From Octopus sinensis (lineage: Eukaryota): 64,000 nt of DNA. A model generated the notes under the pieces. That model had not been told where the DNA came from and made no database searches. It was given only the letters and a program-made list of their open reading frames with translations. The stretch lies in the NCBI RefSeq assembly GCF_006345805.1, contig NC_043007.1, positions 32,674,001-32,738,000 of the forward strand. The letters run 5' to 3'. Positions 12,345 through 24,795 of this stretch are shown piece after piece. The position numbers and the translations under genes are program-made. Numbering within the stretch: position 1 is the first letter of the stretch; each line of letters opens with the position of its first letter.

Positions 12345-12560
12345 ATGCAAGGCGGCAAGCTGGCAGAAATGTTAGCACACCAGGCGAAATGCTTAGCGGT
12401 ATTTCGTCTGTCTTTATGTTCAGAGTTCAAATTCCACTGAGGTTGACTTTGCCTTTCATCCTTTCGGGGATTAAGTACCAGTTACACACTGGGGTCGACT
12501 TAATCCATTTGTCTGTCCCTGTTTGTCTCCTCTATGTTTAGCCCCTTGTGGGTAGTAAAG
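12345..12560 (+). mobile_element. SINE family C, near full length
   Basis: ggcggcaagctggcagaaatgttagc...gagttcaaattcc...tgtgggtagtaaagaaata. Confidence 0.88.
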
Positions 12561-13114
12561 AAATAGGTATTTCATCTGATACAAAATATTTTGTGCAGAC
12601 ACAGCTTTGTAACCATGTGGATTTGGGTTCAATCCTACTCCACAGCATCTTGCACAACTGCCTTCTACTGTAGTCCCAGGCCAAGCAATAGCTTGCTAGG
12701 GAATTTGGTAGACGGAAACTGTGTATGCATGTATACACACACACACACACACAACACCGATTTCCGGACACTAATGGCCCAGAACCTCTTTTAGTCGACA
12801 CTAATTTACACCATCATACAGGTGATACCTGTATTTCATTTAATTAAATAAATCTAATATTTGTTTAATTTAGAATATGTTCACTAAAGTGACCCTTCCC
12901 TGGTTTGGAAAAAAAGAAAATCAGTAAACCGGAAAGGCTTTGGGACCTAAGGCTCCGGAAAATCCATGTTGTGCTTGTGTGTGCCTTTGTGCTTGTGTTT
13001 GTCCCCATCCACCGCTTGTTAGCCAGTGTTGGTTTGTTTACGTCCTCACAGTAAGCTAGCAGTCTGATAACAGAGACTAATAGAACAAGTACCAGTTTTA
13101 CTATAAAAATATAT

Positions 13115-13335
13115 TTCTTTACTACCCACAAGGGGCTAAACACAGAGGGGACAAACAAGGACAGACAAACGGATTAAGTCGATTACATCGACCTCAGTGC
13201 ATAACTGGTACTTAATTTATCGACCCCGAAAGGATGAAAGGCAAAGTCAACCTCGGCAGAATTTGAACTGACAACATAGCGGCAGACGAAATACGGCTAC
13301 GCATTTCGCCCGGTGTGCTAACGTTTCTGCCAGCT
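13115..13335 (-). mobile_element. SINE family C
   Basis: Reverse complement of the 12345 and 30327 copies. Confidence 0.88.
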
Positions 13336-14083
13336 AAGTATTGGTAGTGATTTGTTCGATTAAACTCTTCAAAGTGGTGCCCCAGCATGGCCGTGGTACA
13401 CTGACTGAAACAAGTAAAAGATGGACGCTTAAAGATAAAAGAAAGCCTTTGCTACTATTATGACTAACAAGCATGTGTGTTATCTGCGGTCCAATAGTAA
13501 ACCTACCCTATCGAAGGATGAGCATCTTGATACGAAATTGTTAGAACTTCACTCTAAGAATTCCATTTATGGGTTCCACAACAGAAAAGCAGTTTGTTTA
13601 AGGATTTTTTTTTTCTGTGAGTATGTAAAGTGATCCTTTCATACCAAGAATATCAATGGGTAAGGTATGTTCATGAAGGCACAAGCTCATTCAGCAACTT
13701 ACCTGATTATGAAACATTCATATCGTATTACTTTAGTGATATCCTATCCCACAGAGTTCTCTCTCTTTCTCTCTCTCTCATATCAACATTTTATTGCATG
13801 TAAACTCTGCACTGTCTTCTTTCCTCTTAACCCTTTGTCTGTTTAAAGCATTTTCATAAGTTTGTCCTAAGCACCCAAGCTTGTCCTCAGATTTTTAGTT
13901 AACCTTTGTTCCGTACGTTTTTAGTAATATACAGTTTTCTTTCATAATTCCCAAGTTATTCGGTGGTGAAAAAAAAAAAAAAGGGGTTACTATCATTTAT
14001 GATACATGGGCGTCAGGGAAATGTCACGTGTGTATCAATTATGAGACATGAACTTCCGGGAAATATATCCTGTATCTAAAAGG

Positions 14084-14403
14084 AGCACTCTGTTGGTTAT
14101 GGCGACGAGGGTCCCAGCTGATACTATCAACGGAACAGCTCACTCGTGAAATTAACGTGCAAGTGGCTGAGCACTCCACAGACACGTGTACCCTTAACGT
14201 AGTTCTCAGGGAGATTCAGCGTGACACACAGTGTGACAAGGCTGGCCCTTTGAAATACAAGTACTACTCATTTTTACCAGCTGAGTGGACTGGAGCAATA
14301 AGTGAAATAAAGTGTCTTGCTCAAGGAAACAATGTGTTGCCGGGAATTGAACTCACGGCCTTACGATCGTGAGGTGAATACCCTAACCACTAAGCCACAT
14401 GCC
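14084..14403 (-). mobile_element. SINE family B, full length
   Basis: Minus head ggcatgtggcttagtggttaggg...gagttcaattccc; same 3' region as 32626-32944. Confidence 0.9.
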
Positions 14404-14585
14404 TTTATATATATATATATATATATCCTGTATATATCATATATGATGCGTGGACATTTGTGTCGTATCATGACACACAGGACAGGCAAAGGATTAAACC
14501 TCTTCTGTTTTCTTCTAAAACTCATTATCTATTAATCCACGAGGTACAATAATTGTTATTAATAATAAAATGCTGAGCATAAGCC

Positions 14586-14986
14586 AAAATATTAGTCTGT
14601 TAGCACAGCCTTACCAAAAATTTCTTACAGTACATCAGCAGTTATGTGGAGAGGTCACACCATCTCATCGTTTCTCCTTCCTTAGCATATATATAATCCA
14701 TACTTGATAATGTCTGACATTATTTAATAACTTGTTACCTTTAAGAAACATTGAAAAAAAAATTGTCTAAGAGAAGAATTTTCTTAGAAAGATGAAAGGA
14801 ATGTTAGCAAGCTTTCATCAGCCATTTGCAACAAGTGGATGACAACAAAATCATAGCCGTGGTGCACCACCCTGGTGGATGATCGCAGTTTCACAAAACA
14901 TCATAGCCAGAAATATGTTTGACATCCTGTAAGGCAATTCTTTCGACCAAAATATAAACAATTCTGCAACTGATCTGAAAGAATAT
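14586..14986. repeat. Old dispersed repeat family J, copy 1
   Basis: Colinear with 56005-56414 over about 400 bp; 24-bp identical block agtggatgacaacaaaatcatagc. Confidence 0.75.
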
Positions 14987-15154
14987 AATAATAATATAAT
15001 AATGAAATTATTGTATACAGTGCTCAGGTGCACCACAACTTGTCAGAAAGTGCGTATAAAGTATATGCAGTAATATTAAGTTGAAATATGGTTAAACTAC
15101 TTTAACATAGTTTATTTATGATAAATTCATGGTTTCTTATTTTATACCAGTACA

Positions 15155-15385
15155 CTGTCACAGGCATCATGATTGTAAGATTGTGGTTTTGATTCCTGGA
15201 CTGGGCGACGTGTTGTGTTCTTGAGCAAAACACTTCATTTCACGTTGCTCCAGTCCACTCAGCTGGCAAAAATGAGTAATGCTGCGATGGACTAGTGTCC
15301 CATCCAGCTGGGGGACACATACGTCATAGAAACCGGGAACCCGGGCCCATAGCCTGGCTAGGCTTTAAAAAGGGTGCATTTATTA
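15155..15385 (+). mobile_element. SINE family E
   Basis: B-type core followed by gcgatggactagtgtcccatccagctgggg..gaaaccggg..cctggctaggctttaaaagggtgcattt. Confidence 0.82.
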
Positions 15386-15642
15386 TTATTTACAGTCACA
15401 GCAGTGGATTTGCATGCATAGAACCATACGGTTTCACCTAAAAATCACTTAAAAATATCTTTTAATAAGTGTTTAAAGCTTACCGAGTTTCTGTGTTTTT
15501 CACAAATACATTTGTAAAACGGGAGTGCGTCCTATGCGAGGGTGCATTCTATACACTTGAAAATAGTCCCTCTGTTACTTTTTTTTATTGTCTCTATTAT
15601 CCAAACATTTCAATGAACTAATTTTATTCTAGTTATCTGATT

Positions 15643-15870
15643 CTTTACTACCCACAAGGGGCCAAACATAGAGGGGACAAACAAGGACAGACAAAGGGAT
15701 TAAGTCGATTACATCGACCCCAGTGCGTAACTGGTACTTAATTTATCGACCTCGAAAGGATGAAAGGCAAAGTCGACCTCGGCAGAATTTGAACTCAGAA
15801 CGCAACGACAGATGCAATACCGCTAAGCATTTCGCCCGGTGTGCTAACGTTTCTGCCAGCTCACCGCCTT
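15643..15870 (-). mobile_element. SINE family C
   Basis: Full family C sequence on minus; flanked by ttttattctagttatct-like direct repeats. Confidence 0.88.
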
Positions 15871-16470
15871 ATTTTATTCTAGTTATCTCCAATGGTTGTT
15901 GTTCTTAGATTTTAAATACTCTCACAAGAGGGAGCAGTTGTTTACTAATTTAAATAATTTCTGCTTAACGATGCTCTTCAACTCCCACACAAAAGTCAGA
16001 ATAGAGATGCAATTATTCCAACACCAGAAAACCATTATTATCCTCTTGTTAATACAATTTACTCTCAAATTTATTTATTTTCATTTTTCTTCCACTCCAT
16101 TTCTCTCTCTCAATTATTTACTCATTAGATGTTTACAAATGTTGTTTCTCATGTGCATTACTTTCCCCCCGACACACTTCAAGCTAGCAATGCTACTAAT
16201 CTCAAAACAATGCGCTTATCAACCGCCTTCCAAAACAACAACCGACATTTTTGTCTTTCTCTCGTTTGCCTCTCACTCTCCCTTAATAATACGTTTCTCT
16301 TCTTCTCCTCTGCTGACGCTCGACTCTAAATATCAAAGCCAAGCCAAGGCGATATCATGTACTAATATCATGAAGAGGCCTCACTGATGAAGACGAAGTG
16401 AAATGAATCAGCGTTTTTGATCACCTCCTGTATATGTGTGCGTGTGCGTAGGTGTGTGTGTGTGTGTGTA

Positions 16471-16524
<54 letters not shown>

Positions 16525-16885
16525 TGTGTGTAACTAACTTGCAAACAAACAGAGAATCACAATTAGGTCCAGAAATACTACACATTATCACCTGCAACTA
16601 AATTCTCGTTAGCAATCAACAGTTCCTGTCATTTCTTGAACGATGCACGCAGCTGGTGAGTGTGGTACAATGTTGGATTGAAGAACTAAATGTCATAAGA
16701 TCGAGTTTTCTTTAATCAGGTAAGTATATAGAAACTATGTTCAAGGATTGAGTCGGCTGCGAAACGTCAAAGCACCGAGGATTATGAAAAAGGGGAAAAC
16801 TGCTGTGGCATGGAACTGTCTATTTGCTTCTTGTTGTGTTTAAGTTCAGAAAAGGTAGAGAAGAAGCTCTAATAAAACTCTGAAG

Positions 16886-17170
16886 TCATCATCATCATCA
16901 TCATCATTTAACGTCTGCTTTCCATGCTAGCATGGGTTGGACGGTTTGACCGAGGTCTGGGAAGCCAGGAGGCTGTGCCAGGCTCCAGTCTGATCTGGCA
17001 GAGTTTCTACAGCTGGATGCCCTTCCTAACGCCAACTACTCCGAGAGTGTAGCAGGTGCTTTTATGTGCCACCAACATGAGGGCCAGTTAGGTGGTACTG
17101 GCAACAGCCACGTTCAAATGGTGCTTTTTTTACGAGCCACCTGCACAGGAGCCAGTCCAGCGGCACTCAG
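16886..17170 (-). mobile_element. Retroposon family D
   Basis: (CAT)n then ttaacgtctgctttccatgctagcatgggttggacgg...ctggatgcccttcctaacgccaac. Confidence 0.8.
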
Positions 17171-17722
17171 ATTATAAATGCGGTGAAATTGAAACAATTC
17201 TGAAACCCAGATAAATTCAGAACCCCAGGATTCTGAGAAAAGTCCTTGGATGCCATAAGACAAGATATCTTTCAATGAAACACGGTATTCTTGGTTTTAT
17301 TACCATAAGTTATTACAAGTTCTTTTCTCTTCAAAAGAGTTTTTGTTTCATTTAATATTTTATATTAAAATTATGTTGCCAGAAGTCTGTAAAATAGACA
17401 TGACTGTGTGGTAAAGCAACTTCCTCCCTTATCACGTGGTTTTGGGTTCAATCTCAATGCACGGCATCTTGGGAAAGTGTGTTCTACTAAAACCCTGGGC
17501 TGATTAAAGCCTTGTGAGCGAATTTGGTGGAGGAAACTATGTGGAATCCCATCATACATGTGTGCGCATGTATGTTCTTTGCAGTGTTGGTTTGTTTACG
17601 TCCCTGTAACTTAGAGGTTTTGCGAAAATAATAGAATAAGTATTGACCTTAAAAAGTGTCAGAATTAGGGTCAATTTGTTCAATTAAAACCCAACATGGC
17701 CAGAGTTTAGCAAAACAATGGG

Positions 17723-17869
17723 TTCCACGATTTTTGGAATATTGTACAAGGATTCTGCAACAAAGTAAGTTTGGAAGCCATTCGTCTCAAGAATCTGAAA
17801 TCGAAAATCGAAATAGAATTAAAAGAAGACCGAGTGAAATGTTTACCATTCTTTGATGCAACTGTATAA
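17723..17869 (+). pseudogene. Possible Penelope-like reverse transcriptase relic
   Basis: FHDFWNIV...LKNLKSKIEIELKEDRVKCLPFFDATV*, similar in spacing to the PLE YVDD...IKFTxE...LPFLD segment; very degenerate. Confidence 0.35.
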
Positions 17870-18329
17870 GTGCATTTATATTCAATTGCGGTAAACTTTC
17901 GTTTTGAAGAATAAATCATATCTTCTACTGCGTCTGTTGCCAAACCATTTCCTAACAATATCTTGATTTTCAATGAACTCTCAAGGTAATTATTCCTACA
18001 ACATGTTGATAGCTTAATTTGGCATAACGGTTCTTCAGATGTTTGCACTTTTAGAAGTAATACTTCACGCACGGAACAAGTAGTTGTTTCCTATATCTCT
18101 AGAATTTGAGTGAAGTTTGGCAGTGATGAAAGGAACGCTGTGATGCATGTGGCTCTCTAAAGGAGCCAATTTCATACGAGCCATCAATTCTCAAACTTAT
18201 GTTCGTGCAAAATCCATAATACGGTTTTCTAAAAATTACAGAAATCACGCCTGTATTTTACAGTCAACCCTAAACATACTAATTTAATCAAATTGGAGAA
18301 AGAATTTATTCATATATTTATTCATATAA

Positions 18330-18588
18330 AAAAATAAATGCACCCTTTTTTAAAGCCTAGCCAGGCTCATAGGCTCAGTTTCCCGGTTTCCGTGGCGTAT
18401 GTGTTCCCCAGCTGGATGGGACGCCAGTCCATCGCAGCGTTACTCATTTTTGCCAGCTGAGTGGACTGGAGCAACGTGAAATGAAGTGTTTTGCTCAAGA
18501 GCACAATGCGTCGCCCAGTCCAGGTATCGAAACCACAATCTTACGATCATGATGCTGACAGCCTAACCACTAAGCCATGCGCCTCCAC
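18330..18588 (-). mobile_element. SINE family E, full length
   Basis: Minus head gtggaggcgcatggcttagtggttagg...ggtttcgatacc; tail ctaggctttaaaaaagggtgcatttattttt. Confidence 0.9.
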
Positions 18589-19099
18589 ATTAATTCATAT
18601 ATACAATAACTTATTATTATGTTGTGTCTGGAGAGAGTCATTTTCTTTTTGTGTCTTATAATTTAACACATTCACGGGTAAAATTTCTACTTATTTCTTA
18701 TTCTTATTTTTATTTTCCTAGCACGGTGAGTGTGTTACATTATAAGGCACAAAAAGAAAACGACTCTCCCCAGACACAACAGAATATGCATCAACACACG
18801 AACTCACATAAAGAATCTTGCAAACCAAGATCAAGTAAGTACCAGTTACGCACTGGGTTCGATATAATCAACTTAATCCGTTTGTCTCTCCTTGTTTGTC
18901 CCCTCTGTGTGTAGCCCCTTCTGGGCAGTAAAGAAATAAGAAGTACAACACATTGCACAATGCCACCTTCAGCTGAATAAAATTACTGCCTTTAAACAAC
19001 AACTACATATATATATTAATTGGTTGAAATTACCGAAATACGTCAACTTTAACGTGAAATAACTTCCTAAATATAAGTTTTTCTCAAAAACGTTAAGAT

Positions 19100-19190
19100 T
19101 AAAAGATGTTTTTTATGACACATTCGAGGTTTGAAAGTGTTTAGTTATAAAAATTAATTTTAAAATCTGTCGGTCAAACGGTAAAAGTCC
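19100..19190. mobile_element. Degenerate right end related to MITE family F
   Basis: aaaagatgtttt..aagtgtttagtta..ttttaaaa.ctg.cggtcaaac.g.aaa..tcc aligns to 3598-3699. Confidence 0.6.
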
Positions 19191-19764
19191 AGTACATCTC
19201 GACTACTGCCTGCAGCCACTATAGGAATCGCACCATAGAGGGAGGCACTATGCTAGAAGCAGCAGTCAAATGTCCCACATATCTATCCTTATAGTCATTA
19301 AAAAATAAAATGACACATTGGATAATGTAGCCTTAAATACCATTATGTTTTTAATAAAGACAGGACGGTCACAACTGGATTGTCTTCGTTGCTCTGCCGG
19401 ACCAAGGCTGGCCTTGGTTAAACAACAACAACAGTAACAGCAACAATGACAGCATCAGGAGCAGCAGTAAGAATCGAACCCTTTCCCTGTGGATAATCAC
19501 GTCAGCATCCTATTTGTAGGTTTATTATCAGAAACACAAGGCCTGGTTTTTCTCCTCCCCTTCATTTGTATTACAACAAATATCCGATGAAAACCATTTT
19601 ACGAGGAATAAAAAAATCAAAAATCAAAACGAAGGAATAAAATATACAAATAAAAAAAGAAATAAGAAAATTTTGGCACCGAACATAAGTTGATAAGAGT
19701 TAGCTCCCTTTATTTTTATTAATAAATTAAGAAACGGGGAAAAAGTATTAGATTTGTTCTAATT

Positions 19765-19805
19765 GCATATCTATCTGTCCGTCCGTCTGTCTGCCTGTCC
19801 TTCTT

Positions 19806-19846
<41 letters not shown>

Positions 19847-19857
19847 TTATCTATCTA

Positions 19858-19896
<39 letters not shown>

Positions 19897-19913
19897 GTCT
19901 GTCTGTCTGTCCG

Positions 19914-19967
<54 letters not shown>

Positions 19968-20031
19968 AATCTTTCTGTCTGTCTGTCAGTCTATCTCTCT
20001 CTCTCTTTCTTTCTCTCTCTCTCTCTTTCTT

Positions 20032-20074
<43 letters not shown>

Positions 20075-20095
20075 ATCTATCTGTGTATCTACGCA
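19765..20095. repeat. (TATC)n/(TGTC)n/(TC)n compound microsatellite
   Basis: Direct reading. Confidence 0.92.
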
Positions 20096-20109
20096 TACAC
20101 ACATATATA

Positions 20110-20344
20110 CAGTAACCCCTCGACAATCGCTGGTGTTACGTTCATAAAACCCCACCCCAACCGCGATAGGTGAAAATCCGCAAAGTAGAAACAGTACTGT
20201 ACTGTATATATTTAAAAAAAATTATTTCTATAATTCGTATATATTTATTTCATTATACATGTGAAGCAACACCACAGAGGAATCGACGTAATCCTAAACA
20301 ATAAACCGCGATAGGTGAACCGCGATGCGGCGAGGGATTCACTG
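20110..20344. mobile_element. Tigger/pogo-like MITE
   Basis: TA|cagtaacccctcg ... cgagggattcactg termini; partial second copy at 38536-38682. Confidence 0.75.
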
Positions 20345-20440
20345 TCTGTTGCATTCTGCACAGATACACGCGCGCGCGCTGACACAGGTATTTTCCTGTG
20401 CGCTTATGCACATATTTTCATAGACATATTATTGTGTGTG

Positions 20441-20755
20441 TGTGGCTTAGTGGTTCAGGATATTCGGCTCATGATCGTAAGGTCGTGAGTTCAATTCCCG
20501 GCGGCACATTGTGTCCTTGAGCAAGACACTTTATTTCACGTTGCTGCAGTCCACTCAGCTGGCAAAAATGAGTTGTGTCTGTATTTCAAAGGACCAGCCT
20601 TATCACACTCTGGGTCACACTGAATCTCCCTGAGAACTACATTAAGGGCGCACGTGTTTGTGGAGTACTCAGCCACTTGTACGTTAATTTCACGAGCAAG
20701 CTGTTCCGTTGATTGTATCAGCTGGGACCCTCATCGTCGCAACCGACGGAGTGCT
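20441..20755 (+). mobile_element. SINE family B
   Basis: tggcttagtggtt..ggctcatgatcgtaaggtcgtgagttcaattccc..gtgtccttgagcaagacact..gcaaccgacggagtgc. Confidence 0.9.
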
Positions 20756-21035
20756 CCTGTGAAGGCATATAAGAGTGTTTGCAGGAACTACGTTGAACCT
20801 GGATTTGGAAATTTCCTGGGTTCTTAGAAAATTTTTGCAGTTATTGAAAACTAACGTTCACATTTTGGGAAATGGGCTCCCAAATGGAACCATGAACTCC
20901 ATGATAAAATTCCTGTCAATGGCCCTGCTTTATGTATATTTGCATATACCTGTCTGTATGTGTGCGCGTGCGCATGAATGAGTGTGTACCTGTGTGTGTG
21001 TGTGTGTGCTTATCAAGTAGGCTGACACATGGATG

Positions 21036-21417
21036 GGAAGCACTCCGTCGGTTACGACGATGAGGGTTCCGGTTGATCCGAATCAACGGAACAGCCTGCT
21101 CGTGAAATTAACGTGTAAGTGGCTGAGCACTCCACAGACATGTGTACCCTTAACATAGTTCTCGGGGATATTCAGCGTGACACAGAGAGTGACAAGGCCG
21201 GCCCTTTGAAATACAGGTACAACAGAAACAGGAAGTAAGAGTGAGAGAAAGTTGTGGTGAATGAGTACAGCAGGGATCACCACCATCCCCTGCCGGAGCC
21301 TCGTGGAGCTTTAGGTGTTTTCGCTCAATAAACACTCACAACGCCCAGTCTGGGAATCGAAACCGCGATCGTATGACCGCGAGTCCGCTGCCCTAACCAC
21401 TGGGCCATTGCGCCTCC
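21036..21417 (-). mobile_element. SINE family M (own tRNA head and body, family B 3' half)
   Basis: Minus head ggaggcgcaatggcccagtggttagggcagcgg..ggtttcgattccc; last about 200 bp match family B. Confidence 0.88.
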
Positions 21418-21435
21418 TCATGAATGAGTGTGTAC

Positions 21436-21495
<60 letters not shown>

Positions 21496-21499
21496 TGTG

Positions 21500-22030
21500 T
21501 TTATCAAGAAGGCTGGCACATACAGCCTGTGATAATTAGCTTTTCTGTTGATTTATAAATTATGTCGGCCGTTACATATCAACAACACCGAGGATTATAG
21601 TCGCTGGTGAAAATATCTAAATTGATAACAACCCTATTCTTGAAACGATAGATATACTTCCGACCCCAGCTGTCTTTAAATCCATTCACCTGATAATACA
21701 GTGCTAGTCCTTTGTTTCAGGTGTCTTCAAAACCCCGCCCAATTGATAAACGTTTGTAGTTATTAAACGATAGGCAGATCATATCCACCCATCCAGGCTT
21801 CATAAAACCGCCCAGTTTGATAATAGCGGTTCTAAATGACGGGTGGATGTAGCTAATCCGCCCATATCAGTTTATCGTGATAGGAAGCGAAAAGGGGTAG
21901 CTATGTGCTGATTAAAATCATCAGGGATTGAGCAGGTAACAGCCAACAGATGTCGATAATAGATAATTCTGATTGGCTAAAATTAGTAAAAATTTAAAAC
22001 TTTAAGTTTTTGTAAATTTTCGTTATCAGT
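21500..22030. promoter_or_regulatory. Cluster of GATAA, GC-box and CCAAT motifs in non-repeat DNA
   Basis: 10 GATAA/TTATC, CCGCCC at 21735, 21808 and 21858, gATTGG at 21971. Confidence 0.3.
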
Positions 22031-22940
22031 TTCTGTAAAAAATAAAAATTAATGTGATTTTCGAAAATAATATGCAAAAACTCCATCTGCGAAGAAAATT
22101 TGAACAAAATCAGACGAACAACAGGTAGAAAAAATCTGAGAAACGTTCAGTCCAACGATCTGACGATTGAGCTAATTTGCTATTCCGTATGTGTACCATC
22201 ATCATCATCATCGTTTAACGTCCGTTTTCCATGCTAGCATGGGTTGGACGATTCGACCGGGGTCTGGGAAGCCAGGAGGTTGCACTAGGTTCCAGTCTGA
22301 TCTGGCAGTGTTTTTACAGCTGGATGCCCTTTCTAACGCTATATATGTAAATATATATGTTTGTGTGTCTGTGTTTGTCCCCCCACTATCGCTTGAAAAC
22401 CAATGCTGGTGTGTTTACGTCCCCGTAATTTAGCGATTCGGCAAAAGAGTCTGATAGAATAAGTACTAGGCTTACAAAGAATAAGCCCTGGAGTCAATTT
22501 GCTCGACCAAAGGCGGTGCTCCAGCATGGCCACAGTCACATGACTGAAACAAGTAAAGGCGTAAAGAGAGAGTATATTTTATATATAATATATATTGTGG
22601 TTTTGTGTGTATTTGTCCCCTACCACCAATTGATAACTGGTGTTGGTGCATTTACGTTCACGTAACTTAGCGGTTTGGTAAAAGAGACTAATAAAAAAAA
22701 GTACCGGGCACAAAAAAGAAAGAACTGGTGTAGATTCGTTCGATTAAAGTTCTTCAGAGCGGTGCTCCAGCATTGCCACAATCTGATGACTGGAAAAGAT
22801 AAAAGAACCACTAAATTCCTTACTAAAACTTAAAGCTAAGGGAGATAACTTTTGTGCTATACCATTGAAACAGTGCTTCATGGTCGCTTTACCTGCTAGA
22901 AATAGCAATGCTTTTAAATCAGATCCCCATACTGGATATT

Positions 22941-23074
22941 CTAGAACCAAATGAAGAGTATATTCTTAACCCCGGGAACATCCTGATTACAAAAAGGTAT
23001 AATATGTCTATGTAGAGAAAATGTAGACTGAGATTCCGGACAGACAGACAGAATTTCGCTTTTATTTATATAGA
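22941..23074 (-). mobile_element. Possible Helitron-type 5' end
   Basis: Minus reads A|TCtatataaataaaagcgaaattctgtctgtctgtcc; no clear 3' hairpin. Confidence 0.35.
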
Positions 23075-23097
23075 TAGCTAAAATAATACTGATGTAT

Positions 23098-23333
23098 ACT
23101 CTTTTACTTGTTTCAGTCAAATGACTGTGGCCATGCTGGAGCACCACCTTTAGTCGACCAAACTGACCCCAGGACTTATTCTTTGTAAGCCTAGTATTTA
23201 TTCTATCGGTCTCTTTTGAAGAACCGCTGTTACGGGGACGTAAACACACCAGCATCGGTTGTCAAGCGATGTTGGTGGGACAAACACAGACACACAAACA
23301 TACACACACACACCCTTTTCCAAGTATATATAT

Positions 23334-23377
<44 letters not shown>

Positions 23378-23400
23378 ATATTATATATATATATATATAT

Positions 23401-23434
<34 letters not shown>

Positions 23435-23613
23435 CACACACACACATATATGACGGGCTTCTTTCAGTTTCCGTCTACCAAATCCATTCACAAAGCTTTG
23501 GTCGGCCCGAGGCTATAGTAGAAGACACTTGCCCAAGGTGCCATGCAGTGGGACTGAACCTGGAACCACGTGGTTCGTTAGCAAGCCACTTACCACACAG
23601 CCACTCCTACGCC
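23098..23613 (-). mobile_element. SINE family A, full length with expanded central (TA)n
   Basis: Tail actcttttacttg at 23098, head ggcgtaggagtggctgtgtgg at 23613. Confidence 0.92.
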
Positions 23614-23628
23614 AACAAAATGTGTGAC

Positions 23629-23745
23629 GCTTACAGCACCTAGGTTTCCCAAGCAGTCACCCATCTAGGTACTACCAGGCTCGACATTGCTTAACTTTGG
23701 TGATCGGACGAGAACTGGTGCTTTCAACGTGATATGGCCGTATCC
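23629..23745 (-). pseudogene. 5S: 5S rRNA pseudogene (dispersed single copy)
   Basis: Minus reads ggatacggccatatcacgttgaaagcaccagttctcgtccgatcaccaaagttaagcaatgtcgagcctggtagtacctagatgggtgactgcttgggaaacctaggtgctgtaagc; colinear with animal 5S including box A and box C, with CpG-type substitutions. Confidence 0.9.
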
Positions 23746-23769
23746 AGAGTTTTGTTTCGGCTTCTAAGA

Positions 23770-24060
23770 TGAAACACTCAGGACATTCGAAATAAAATGA
23801 TTCGTGAACGGAATGGAGTGAACGATGTGATGGCAGACTACCGGAGACACAACTTCCGCTAGGCCAGTCAAGTCGCAAAATTCACAGACAACAGGTGGAT
23901 CCATGCAGTTGCCAAGTGGAATCCAAGACATCGAAAAAGGCCATTCGGAAGACATCCACGACAATAGGAAAGCGATTTAGTTAAGCAGTTTGTGTCAAGA
24001 TGGAAAAGATTGGTGCAATCAAAACAGAAACGGAAGTGCATTGTGACCAGCGGTGTGTAA
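23770..24060 (+). pseudogene. RTE-clade LINE ORF2 C-terminal relic
   Basis: IRNKMIRERNGVNDVMADYRRHNFR*ASQVAKFTDNRWIHAVAKWNPRHRKRPFGRHPRQ*ESDLVK; two Trp positions have become TAG. Confidence 0.85.
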
Positions 24061-24309
24061 CAGCATCTGATGGCCTTGTCGATATTATGAAATACAGAGT
24101 TTTAATGAGTTTCGTAAGGTGCTATGATAATTTAGAAAGTGATTATGAATTATCTGGAAAACTTCAGTTATCCGACAACCGTCCGGTCCTCGTGGTGCCG
24201 GATAAGAGGGAGTTTACTGTATTGTGATAAACAGGTGAAGTAATGAGAGGACAGGTGCGTCAGGATTTTAAGGAGATATGATACAGAAGAGGTGGATGGT
24301 TCAAAAAGA

Positions 24310-24795
24310 ACAGTTAACACTCAAAAACAGATGAGAGAGAAAGAGAGAAAGAGGAGAGAGGGAGAGAGTAAGAGCGAGAGAGCGGGAGAGAGAGGAAAGG
24401 GTATAGGGAGAGAGAAAGAGAGAGGGAGAGTAAGAGAGGGGGAGGGAGGGATAGAGAGAGTGAGGGAGAGAATGAGAAAGGGAGAGGGAGTAAGAGAGAG
24501 AGGGCAGGATAAAGGGAGAGAGAGAAAGAGAGGGGGAGAGAGAAAATACTATAGGGAGAGAGAAAGAGAGAGGGAGAGGGCAGGATAAAGGGAGAGAAAG
24601 AGAGAGAGGGGGAGGGATAGAGAAGGAGAGTAAGACAGAGAGAGAGAGGGAAGGATATAGGAAGAGAGAAAGAGAGAGAGGGGGAGGGATAGAGAGGGAG
24701 AGTAAGACAGAGAGAGAGGGAGGGAGAAAGAGAGATGAAGGGAGACAGATGGATAGATAGATAGATAGAGAGAGAAAGAGAGAGAGAGAGAGAGC
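24310..24795. repeat. Long polypurine (GA-rich) low-complexity tract
   Basis: Direct reading; internal reiteration of ggcaggataaagggagag and gagtaagacagagagagaggg. Confidence 0.88.

Noticed and set aside
16380-16410. ctgatgaagacgaagtgaaatg hammerhead-like string (similar strings at 26698, 35528, 62481)
   Set aside because: No stem III/NUH or stem I pairing; chance or too decayed to support.
13697-16725. Identical 13-mer taatcaggtaagt on opposite strands at 13697 and 16713
   Set aside because: Many 13-mer matches are expected by chance in this window size; flanks are unrelated.
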